Made by a program: the position numbers and the translations under genes. A stretch of DNA of 64,000 nucleotides from Glycera tridactyla (Eukaryota). Numbering within the stretch: the stretch's first letter is position 1; each line of letters opens with the position of its first letter. The stretch is taken from contig OZ286473.1 in NCBI GenBank assembly GCA_965644265.1, positions 37,820,001 to 37,884,000 on the forward strand. The letters are read 5' to 3'. A model generated the notes under the pieces. That model was not told where the DNA came from and ran no database searches. It worked only from the letters and a program-made list of their open reading frames with translations. This document shows positions 24,060 to 35,420 of the stretch, piece after piece.

Positions 24060-27000
24060 GAATGTTCAAATGTCCACATGGCTGTCAGGATATTGCCTTC
24101 GAGTCTGAGCAAGAGCTGAGTCGTCATATTGTTGAGCACGTGGAGATGGAGATAAAAAAAGAGGAGCCTGCGAAGAAACGCGGCCGTCCTCGCAAGCATC
24201 CTCTCATCATTATGGATGATGAAGGTAGCGAGAAGGCCACGCCAAAACGTCGAGGTCGACCTCCAAAATCTGTCAAAAAAGTTGTGGCGGAAAAATCCGA
24301 TGTTTCTTCAGATGGTGAAAGTCCAGTCGAGTCTGATATAATCTGCGACCCTCATGAGCCAGCTGCAACTTGTGAGGACGGTGTTTCTGCAAGGGCGGAA
24401 GTGACATCTGGTGTGCGGTTGGATGTATTGCCAAGTAAAGCTCACGACTCCGAGAATCCTGTCCAGCTGATTTCCCCCGAAGCTGACATTGAATCAGATG
24501 CTGCGAGCACCGTTGAATCGTCAAAAGAAACCCCATCTTCAGCAACTGTTCTTGATGCCTTGTCATCACAAACTACTGAGCATCCCCAGAAAAGTTCTGT
24601 GATCTTAGAGCAAACCAGAAGAGATACGTCAAAAGCAATAATTTCTCCTGTAACATCCCCCAAGAAGTCAAAGATGAGCAGCAATGATGAAGTAGAAAAG
24701 TCTAATGCGAATAGAAACCAACATGAAGCATTCATTTACGAAAGTTACACCCCAACCCAACGCATCCCTAATTTGCCAACCAACACTATAATTCGGACAA
24801 GAAGAGCAGCTAAACGTGAGATTCAAATTCTTGGCACTACGGTTGAACCTGCCAGTAAGCGGGGGAAATTGAAGTCAAAGGACACAGATGCCAAAACCAA
24901 GAAGCCTGTCAAAAGTAAGGACAAAGATGTCATCCAATCTTTAGCCGCCAAAACACCACTTTCATCTAAGACACAGAAGCGTAAAGCAGCAACATCACCT
25001 GAGGGTGGGTTGGTCAAGTTAGCCAGAAGTGACTTTGAAGACAAGGTGATCAGGTCGCTAGGTCACATTACTGATCCCATATCAGATGAATGTCCGAATG
25101 ATACTACTGTCAGTCGTTCCAACGTATTGAGTCCTGCAAAATCTTCCAGAATAGAGCAGAATGGAGGCAAAAATAAGGTGAATATATACTCCTCGGTTCC
25201 TGAATCTGATGGTGGTGATGATACTCAGGAAGCTACGAATGATGAAGGGAGTGATGACTGCATCATTGCAATCAGTTCGGAGCCAGTCACCATTGTGCCT
25301 ACTTCTTCATCGGATTCATCGCCGCCCGAATCATACGAAAAACAGATGCCAGTTTCACGGCGGACTGGTGCGACTAAACGAAAGACTGTGCAGCCAGCAA
25401 CTGCTGTCACCACTGCAGCTACCTCCACGGCTAGTTCAGACAGACCCTCCACTGTGATTATAGTTGCTAACGGGATTCCTACGTTGGCATCAGGGAAGGC
25501 TGATGTGTCTGCCAATCAGACGAAGGGATCTTCCTCTTCTTCCAATACATCTCTCGCATCCTCGAGTGGGGATGGTGGACAAACATTCACCTGTGCTGTC
25601 TGTGATCAGTCATTCACAGATTATGATACATTCGAAGCCCATCAGGTCTCGCACAATAGGGACACTGACCTAGCAGATACAGAAGTCGTGGATGCACAGG
25701 AAAACATGGAGATTGCAGAGCAGAATCTTGAACGAGTCCCGTCACATTCCTCACCTGCTCCTCTCTCTGAATGTGATGGTACTGCTATCGATCTGCAAGA
25801 AGATGTGGTCGAACATGTGGATCAGACAGAATCCGTACCACCAGCAGCTGATGCAAATGCCGCAGAAGAACAGGACGTGCATGTTGCTAGTGGAGTGGAT
25901 CGTCAGTCATGTGAGAGTGAGGAGGTGGATAGCATTCCGCATACATTGTCCTTTGATGTTGAAATTGAAGAGGGAGGTGCTTATGAAGAAGCAGTGCCAA
26001 GGAGTGAGATAAGTTTGCTTCCCGAGAATGAAACATCTGTCGAAATAAGTGTTGCAAGTAGTTTTCCTGGTGCACAGACCGTTGCTGATAATCAAACAGT
26101 TGGCATAATAAACAGTGACGTTTCCACAGAAGCAATTGCCAACGAAGTTGCTTTAGTGCAGGATGAATTGGCCCATGGTATCAGTCAGAATACAGGAGGA
26201 TCCCTGCCTCTCAAGAGCCTATTGAATGAGGATTTCGCAGCTGCTATTGAACAAGCAAGAGATGAGGAAATGAATAGTAGCGAACATTCCACGGAGGCGT
26301 GTGGGAAAAAGGATACAATTGATGAATCCACTAAAGGTTCGTTACCAACCCAAGGTCAGCAGACTACTGTGAGCATAATCACTGTGAAAAAGGAGGTGGA
26401 CAGTGAAAAATCTTACAAGAAGAGTGAGCATATTCAAGCGGTAAATAGTAACTGTGACCTGACTGTCCGGGAGGATGGAAAGTATAACTACACATGTAAA
26501 CACTGCCAGGTCGTCTCGGTAGCTTTTGAGGACTTCGAGCTGCATTTAGAGAAATCACATCCCGATTCATTCAAATGTGTGAATTGCTGCGAAAATTATA
26601 GCCGCTATGAACACCTCCAGCATCACGAGTGCACCGTGAAGGTCAGCGATCTATATGTTTGCAAGGTGTGTGGCCGTGCACATGAAAGTGCACAGGCACT
26701 AAAGAAACATATGCAGGGTCACGAGAGACAGTTTCAGTGTCAGAAATGCATGAAGAAACTTGTTCGTTCTGAGAATCTTAAAAAGCATGTATGTGTGGAT
26801 CCATCACAAGAACCGCAATCAGTTAGTTGCTCAATGTGTGGGGCAGAATTCTCGACCAAGAAATATCTTCTGCGCCATATGAACTCACACACGGGACAGT
26901 TTAGCTGCGAGCATTGTGGAAAATCATATGGTCGTAAAGAATCCATGTTACAGCACATGAGATTGTGTTATCCCGAATCAATGGCCAACTATTTCCCATG

Positions 27001-29044
27001 TGGTCTTTGTTCGAAGGTTTTTGCCAAAGAAGTCTCATTGATGAACCATATGAAAGTTCATGAAGAGCGGTTCAAATGTGAGGTATGTTTCCAAGTGTTT
27101 ACTAGTAAGTTCAATCTCGATAAACATGATCCATGCCCGGAAACTGCCGTACCATTTGAGCAAACGGCAACTGGGGTGAAGTGTATGGATTGCGGGAAGG
27201 AGTACCCGAGCTTGAAAAACTTGCGTCGTCATCAGAGTATCCACACGGATAAGAATAAATGTCATATATGTGGCAAGACTTTCTCTCGGAAGGAAGAGTG
27301 TGAAGCACACATGCTGATATGCGAGGCGAAAAAAGGTATCGAAGCTGATGGCTCATTGAAATGCAGGGCATGCGACGAAGTATTCACTGATCCCACCCTC
27401 TTTCATCGGCACATGACGGCCCATAATAGTGTGTACCGTTGCAACAATTGTACAAAGAGCTTTTTACGGCAGCATAACTACCAGCAGCATCTGAAAGAGG
27501 GCAATTGTAAGAAATGGGATGGGAAATCAACACTGCCCTGTGACGAATGTGGTAAACATTTTGCCACACCTAACCTCCTCGATCGTCACATGATCATTCA
27601 CGGTGAGCCTCGTTTCGAATGTAAGGCATGCAATCGCAAGTTCGTTCGTAGTGATCATTTCAATGAGCATATCTGTCTGAAAGGCGACAACCAGAGGGTT
27701 TCCTACAACTATTTGAAGTATCAGAAAAAGAAAGATCCAGTCATCTGCGATGTCTGTGGTAAAATATTTGTGTCGTCCAGCAATTTGAATAAGCATAAAT
27801 TAACTCATGGGGAGAAGAATGAGGAATGTCCCATCTGTGGCAAGCGCTTTCACATTAAAACAGGGCTGAAAGAGCACCTGAAGTATGTCCACACTGACGA
27901 AAACAATGTAGAATGTCCGCACTGTGGAGTACGTATGAAATGCCGAAACTCATTGTTCGGTCATATAAAGCAGTTTCACAGTGGAGAAAATACGCAGTTT
28001 TTCCAATGTGACCAGTGCGACAAAGAGTTTCGGCAGAAAGGAAATCTGATCAAGCATTTACTCACCCATTCAGATGAAAAAACCTACCTATGTAAAGTGA
28101 CAGGATGCATGCGTAAATTCAAGTTTTCCGAGCAACTCAAGAAGCATATGAATTGGCACGAGCATGGTGCACGATTTTCGTGCGAGCAGTGTGATAAGCG
28201 TTTCATCATGAAACATGAACTAGACAAACATAATCGGCAGAATCACATGGGAATCGTCTACCAGTGTCGATTGTGCAACTGTGACTTCAAACATCAATCC
28301 ACTCTGAAGCGCCACCTAGAGAGAAGGCATGCGGACGCTCCCGATTGGAAAGAGAACACAAACGAGTTTGTTCGACTGTGTGAACAGCAGCGGCCACAGA
28401 CAATAGCAACCTCCGAGGGTGGCGAACAGTTTGTCATATATGGCGAGAACCAGTCCTATTTCATTGTTGAAAACGGAGCAGTCGAGGGTGAGGTCGGCCA
28501 GTATCTGACGACGTCGGATGCGCAGGAACAGATGCAGTACATCATTCTGCCTGGGGATAATATAACGCCGGGTGAACTTCAGTACGACGCTGCAGGAAAT
28601 CTGGTAGAGGTGGACGTGAAACTACCCGACAATTCTGCTGGCATTTTTGGTGCTTTCGAACAATCACAGCAGCCCGGTGCGACTGTATTCATACGAAATC
28701 CAGATGGATCCCTTGAGCCTGTTCATCTTGACACTAGTGACGGGCAGGCGACTATTGAGGTAGGAGGCGCCGTTGACAGTAGTATTGTAGATATGGGGCT
28801 TACAACACAGGACTTGGAAGGACAACTCATCGGGCAACCGCAGGTAGCAAAGATGGCGTTAGCCATCACAATAGACGGCCAGCAGCAAACTGTCCATCAC
28901 ATACCTGACACTCAGATACCAGTAGCAGTTCCTCACATCACGGATTCTCTGCCGGTAGATGTGAATGTTATCGCTGACCCAGCAGCTCCCTCAACCGATG
29001 TACAGATTGAGGAATTGGATGTCGTTACCACATACACTGAATAA
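24060..29044 (+). CDS. PRDM15: PRDM15-like terminal exon (4985 nt): 2 AT-hooks, acidic low-complexity region, 23 zinc fingers, Gln/acidic tail
   Basis: gatttcAG|GA ATG, phase 1; uninterrupted ORF to TAA; KKRGRPRK and KRRGRPPK; fingers counted by eye. Orthology to PRDM15 rather than PRDM10 is inferred from the PR domain only. Confidence 0.9.
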
Positions 29045-30388
29045 TTGTAATTTGTGCAAGTCTTCAGGAAATTTCCTGAATCAAGGAAACTTGTTACGAA
29101 ATTGAAAATCCAAAAGTTTCTGGATTCAGGCTGAAAGTTTCGAATCTCGATCTTTTGGAAATATAGGGGTTAGTTTCAGGAATTTTTGTCAGGTTTCAGG
29201 AAATTCTATTTCATTGCACTTACATCACTGAACTTTGGTTTGAATTTCATCCCATACTCAGTAAGAACTTTATCTGATTTACAGATTGTGCAGTTTATGT
29301 GGACATTGCATGCACTCGGTAATTGTAGTTTGAATGTTACCACAGATGTGGTTGAGCATATAATTGATGTTCAGATTGAGGATTTAAATGTGGTTACCAC
29401 AGAACACTGAGTAATTTTCAATTGAATTTCATTGCATATGCAGCCAAAACCTTCTCTGATTTACATACAGTCAAACCTCCTCTAGAGACCACCTGTTCAT
29501 AAATAACACCTCTCGATGAAGGCCACCGTGAGCTGCAACCATGGAAGTATTTTCAACAGTGAAAGACCACCTCCCTATAAAGGCCACATTTTGATCCAAC
29601 CAAAGGCGGTCTTTATAGAGAGGTTCGACTGTATAATGCAATTAAATGTTGTCATTGCATACACGGATTGATTGGTGTGAATTGAGCCCAAAAATACATG
29701 ATGAGATTTTCTTGCCAGAATTTTGTGCCTACTGCTATATTCAAGTACTTTAGAAAACATAATTTATTTTTTATCATCAAGAAGTGTGCACCTTATTGCT
29801 GAGTATGTATAGTAATGAATTTTAGTCAAGACTAGTCAGTGCAGGACTTCAAATGACATTTTGCTTGATATTCTGATCCACCAAGGTATACATGTTCAGG
29901 AGTATCCCTCGATTCTTGAGGTATTCATCCATAAAATAGTTCGAAGTGTTGAAATCTCGTATTTATTTGAATGAGAATGTTGATTGTTCTGAATTCTTGT
30001 TGTTTTCAAGAAAGAATAAAGAATGATAAAAAAGACTTGTAACTGTTCAAAGAATGTCAACACTGGGGGATGTTTAGCCTCATGGAGTGCATTTATCAGG
30101 GTAGACTTGTGTAGAGTAGGTAGAGGTGTGTCTGAACTGTCATCTACTTCCACTTGACAACCTTTCAGATTCCCATCATCATGGTTTAGGGGCATTTGTG
30201 CAACTGTGATGGACTAGTGGTGATCTGATTTGCTCAGTGATTGATTTGATTGATTGATTTGATTAATACAGTTTATTCACTTTTTAGAAATGACACTTTG
30301 AGTGTCTGTGAATTTCATAAATTTTGGCCTTCCGTTGGGGACCCAGGAAGAGGAGTCTTGAATGATCCCACTCATGCCAATTGCATCC

Positions 30389-30690
30389 GGGGGGGGGGGG
30401 GGGGGGGGGGATTTCACACCTTTTTTAACAGTTTGCCCCTCTTCAAAGCAATCAGGGGCCACAACGCCCCCTGAATCCACCAATAGGCTGCACGGGGGGG
30501 GGGGGATTTCACACCTTTTTTAACAGTTTGCCCCTCTTCAAAGCAATCAGGGGCCACAACGCCCCCTGAATCCACCAATAGGCTGCACGGGGGGGGGGGG
30601 GGGGGGGATTTCACACCTTTTTTAACAGTTTGCCCCTCTTCAAAGCAATCAGGGGCCACAACGCCCCCTGAATCCACCAATAGGCTGCAC
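30389..30690. repeat. Three near-identical ~80-bp units, each preceded by a poly-G run
   Basis: ATTTCACACC...AATAGGCTGCAC x3. Confidence 0.9.
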
Positions 30691-32255
30691 TGATATTAAG
30701 TGGTTTGTTGGAGTCCATGGTCTCTTCAGATGGCGGCCACCAGTGGACATGAATCTAAGTGTAGCATCATACCTTTTTGATAGATCCTGTTGCGGGTTTC
30801 ATTTTTTTCACGCCTGTAGTATTTTACCCCATCATCTTGTGTTCAGGAATTGTGAGAGTGATGTCTGCAGGGGAGAGAATATCCACCAAATTAATCCCAT
30901 GTTCACAGGGTAACTCCATTGTCAACATTCATCATAACAGAAATGACACCTTGGGTGTCTGTGAATTTCATAAATTTTCACCTTCTGTTGGGGTCCCAGA
31001 AGGAGGAGTCTCAAATGATCTCACCCATAGTCCCTTGCATGGGCAACATAGCACACATGGCGCTGACGAATAGTTTCACAACTGCCAGGCTCTGACACTT
31101 CATTCCCATCGCATTTCACATGGCAAACAGTTTCACCAATCGTACCTTCAGACATGTAAGTGGTGCTGTCCTCATTTCCAGTCTTGTCACTTCCAACTTC
31201 CAACTTCAGGCATCCCACCTTCGGACAATTCAGTGGCACTATCCCCATTTCTGATGGCTTCAGTTGCAAGCCCACTTTCAGGCTCCTTGGGCACTTCACC
31301 ATTCTGGCTGACAAAAGAGGTGTATATGGGCCCTGTTGAAGCCATTGATTTTGCAGAAGTATCCTGTCCAAAGCCCAGATCTGGAAAATCCTGCATCAAA
31401 GCCATGGTGTCAGTTTTCCAAACTTGTTAACCCTGGCCAGCATCGCCCTCATATTGCCACTCCACACATCTCGTGAGAGGGGCTTCAGCTGGCAGAATAA
31501 CATCCTGACCACCCATTCCCCATTTGCAGATCAGGCTGGGGTCTTTGAACAAGACAAATCGTAATGTAAGGGGTATAGCCTGTAATTGTTACACACATAC
31601 ACTCCCGGTTGCAAACACATGCACACGGAAATACACAAACATGCACACATATACATCTACATACATACATGTACCAACAGTCCAACATAACAGAAATGAC
31701 ACCTTGAGTGTGTGAAGTTCTCACCCTCTGTTGGGGACCTAACATGACGTTAAACCAGAACCAGCCAACCATCTCAGGCATTGCTTCCCTTGAAACATAG
31801 ATGATTTGTCAATCTTATAGCCGAGCAGCATATTTGCACTGGCTTCATCCTTGTAATGTTATGGTAATTAGTTGAAGCTCGATTGGCTATCCATCGGAAA
31901 CTGCCTGAAATCTTGGGGTTAGTATGTGTCTGTGACGAAATCAATCCGCTTGGCACTTGGATGTGTGATCAACTGAAGCTCCTCAATTGAAGTCACATGC
32001 CAGTCCTGTAGCAGGGAAAACTACTGCCCAGATGAATCACAGTTCAAATAAGGCACTGAATACTCGAGTGTATGCACTCTCATCCCATGTCCATCAGTCT
32101 CCAGCTGTGCCCAGCATCCTAATAAAGTAACAAGAGCGCCCGGGGGGGCCGAGAGATCTCCGAAATGGAGAGAGGGAGAGAGAGAGAAAGAGAGCCTGCT
32201 TGATAGATAAGTATGCAAACAGTCCCCAGTGAAACAGGGTGGGGCGGAGGAATTT

Positions 32256-33396
32256 CTACATGACTCCTGGCTTACTTAACCTGTGCAGGGTGCGCAATTC
32301 CCTGTGTGCATTGTGTATTGCCTTGGTAAGGGAAGCCTTATACTTCCGACGGCCCTCAGGGCTATTTGGGTGGATGCCGTCATAGGAGTAGTCCTTTGAG
32401 TCAATTTGTGTCCCACCTGCATTACGCCAAAAGCCCTCATGGGTGTGATAGGATATTCTGTCTCGTGTTTGGCACCCCTCCTTCAAGAGTCTATTGACCT
32501 CTGCAGCCTGGCTGCGACTAGGTTTACTAGGTTGTGTGATGGCATTGTACTGCAAGCATAGGGCAAGCCATGATTGTAAAGCTGGTTTGAAGTTGACAGT
32601 TTGTAATTGAAGACATTGTTTGAGTATTCTCCGAACCTAATGCTTTTCCTTGTTTCAAGTACTGCGCTTTGCGTAAAAAAAAGCATAGCTATCAGGCTTG
32701 AGTGTTAGCTTCCAGCCAGTTACATAGTTAGATATGCCATCATCAGGTTCAATATGTCTTTTTTGTAGAGTTAGAGTTGGTAGGGGTGTGTCTGAACCAT
32801 CAGCTACTTCCACTTGACAACCTTTCAGGGAGTTCCCCATCATCTTGTGTTCAGGGTTTGTGAGAGTGATGTCAGCAGGGGAGAGACCATCTAGCTTTCA
32901 TTAATCAGGAACGCACGGCATACATAATCCTGTGGGTTGATACATGCCGTTAAGCCTCAAACAAACAAAACAAACTTCTATAAACTGCTCTCGACTGAGT
33001 TCCCCCGCATATTCCCTGTTGATTATGGAACAGATAGATTTTGACCACTGAGATTTTATGCAGGTCCCTCATGGCCTCTGCTTCTGCAAATATATGGTAA
33101 ACTATGTCCTCAGCAGGGACCTGAGCCAGTACTACATCGTTTGAGCCAATATCTAAAATGCCGATGGCAAAATGTTTGCTAGTCTCCATTGCCGGAAAAT
33201 AGAAATTCTGTGTGATCTTAGCCCCACGGATCCCGTGGAAGTAGATCTCGTCAATGAATGATGCCACCCTCAATTCATTTATAGCGAAGGATTCAAAATG
33301 CCGCATGTCTTTGGCCCTGGAGAATAGGTTTTTGAGATGATCCTTGAGTGACACCACAAATGAGTGACCCCCGATGAATACGTTGCAAGCTGGCAT
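32256..33396 (-). pseudogene. Disrupted SGNH/GDSL-hydrolase ORF of the type carried by some retroelements (Ngaro-like or LINE ORF1 esterase)
   Basis: Blocks GGHSFV, HGIRGAKI, LDIGSND and YDGIHPN in order; 4-nt ATCT duplication frameshift; split by a retroposon at ~32542-32975. Confidence 0.7.
32542..32975 (+). mobile_element. (AAAC)n-tailed retroposon, family A
   Basis: Near-identical to 54138-54577; ends GCCGTTAAGCCTCAAACAAAC; shorter copies ~30100, ~45045, ~50130(-), ~55330, ~57145, ~60960(-). Confidence 0.85.
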
Positions 33397-33829
33397 GTCT
33401 GGAGTATGATACAAGACTAAGGTATGAGCCAAGTAGAGTATGATACAAGCACTGGCTGGACTGAGTGAGTGACTGGGTAATAATACAAGTCTGAAGTATG
33501 ATACAAGTAGTGGCTCTGCTGGAAGAAGATTACCACAACAACAAGAACAATGAGTGACTGAGTGAATGACAGGTGACAGGAGACTGGGTAATTGATACAA
33601 GTCTGGAGTATGACACTAGTGGAATATGACACAAGTACTGACTGAAGTGATGGGTGAAGACAGATGGCAAGAGACTGGAAAATTTAAATGTTACTGGCTG
33701 TGCTGCTGGTGAGCAAAAGGGTCCAGTGCATATGTGAACTGCAGGAAGTCAACTCTGCGCATGAGCGCCAGGAAGTCGGCGGTGTCCCGCGCCTGCGCAT
33801 CACGGCGATTTTGCCCGTAAACAAACCCG

Positions 33830-34014
33830 TCACCACCACCACCACCACCACTACCACCAACACAATCACCATGCAACACCACCACCACCTCCACCACATC
33901 ATACCCACCATCACCACCTTCATACCCACCACCACCGCCACCACCACCACCTTCATACCCACCACCACTACTACCACAACAACCACCACCACCTCACTGA
34001 CGATGATAATGACG

Positions 34015-34067
<53 letters not shown>

Positions 34068-34080
34068 GAGAGAGGAAAAA
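33830..34080. repeat. (CAC)n-rich then (GA)n microsatellites
   Basis: Direct reading. Confidence 0.95.
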
Positions 34081-35029
34081 ACAGACACAGAAAAAGACGG
34101 ATGTGTGGGGGTATTGACGAGCCCTCCTTCAGGAATATGGGGCAGCGAGTCATGAGCAAGCCACCCGTGGATTTGTCTTGTACCATTATGGCCACATTTC
34201 ATCACAAACAGAGCCGGGACTACTTTCGCCAAATCGTCTGTCTGTCTGTCTGTCTGTCTCTTGATTCCTCGACATCCATTTGTCTTACCTCCATGTATAC
34301 ATCTCGAAAAATCTGTGTTTTGGTTGATATGATAGTCCGTAGGGGAGTAAAGTAGTGCTTCTTCTTCGCACTTCATTACCAGGTTTCATAGATCAATGCG
34401 CCGATTCATGAATGAAGATGTAGATAGCGTGTGAAGAAATCGAAGAGCTTGATTGACAGGCATTCACTATTTGTGCATAGCTATACATCTCTCAGCCGTC
34501 GTATCCGTGTGCTTCGGTAATCGGCAAAAAAAACGAATGTATGGCGAAATGCCCCTTACGTAATCGCTACATTTCCCCAAATTGTCGTTAATCAGATCAA
34601 TAAATCATCTCAAAATTGTGTTGGATTAGATCATTCGATCCTTTCACACAGATCCAATCAAGATTCGTTTGATTATATCAGCCTCGAGAGACAGGATTGG
34701 TGAAGTTAGAAAGCATTTCGAGCAGAGATTTGGCAGCATAATGATCTCCAACGGAGATCACCAAAACCCAACTTCAACATATGTGGAATACCATCATGCT
34801 CATGGCATGTTAAAAATTTTCCACAACTCCGTTTATCGTGCCATTACACATAAATCCATGTGGCAGTTGTTTTGACTGTATCTCACCCAGATCACACATA
34901 GCAGATTCTGAGCACCAAGCATTCTGCCACACCTAACATCAGACACATAGGCAACTAGGAACCAGAAAGAGGTTACACCACTAAAACACAACAGCCTAGA
35001 GCCAACTAGTCAGTACTTAGAATCCATTT

Positions 35030-35420
35030 ACATGGCAGGCGGCTCCTTGTCCCGGGTTTGCACAGCCTGCGCAAACTCATCGTATTTTTGCACCTGGTAA
35101 ATTGTAAAATCTAGCAAATGTGTGGGCCGAGGCACATCGCGCCACTCTCAAAAATGCTGCCCACTGGTAGGGCTGCTGCCTGTGCTGCAGAATTGGAAGT
35201 TTTTCTAGTGGAATGAAGTGTACTTGGAAATGTCAATTCCAGCACTTGCCAATTCTGTCTCAATCCACCTGACCACCATCTCATGTCGTTAATGCAGTTT
35301 TGACTGCATTGATGACAGGCACTGACACATGCTTGGGATTCTTATATTTCAACATGATCAAAGGGAATGATCTCGAGATCAATGTAGTATGCGTATATAA
35401 ACATGACTGGGCTTCAATGT
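35030..35420 (-). pseudogene. Degraded tyrosine-recombinase C-terminus, DIRS1/PAT type
   Basis: RWIETELASAGIDISKYT / HSTRKTSNSAAQAA / TFARFYN across two frameshifts (HSTR 35215-35204, TFARFY 35121-35104). Confidence 0.65.

Noticed and set aside
33684-34376. 230-aa and 155-aa ORFs
   Set aside because: Largely (CAC)n and (GA)n microsatellite translation.
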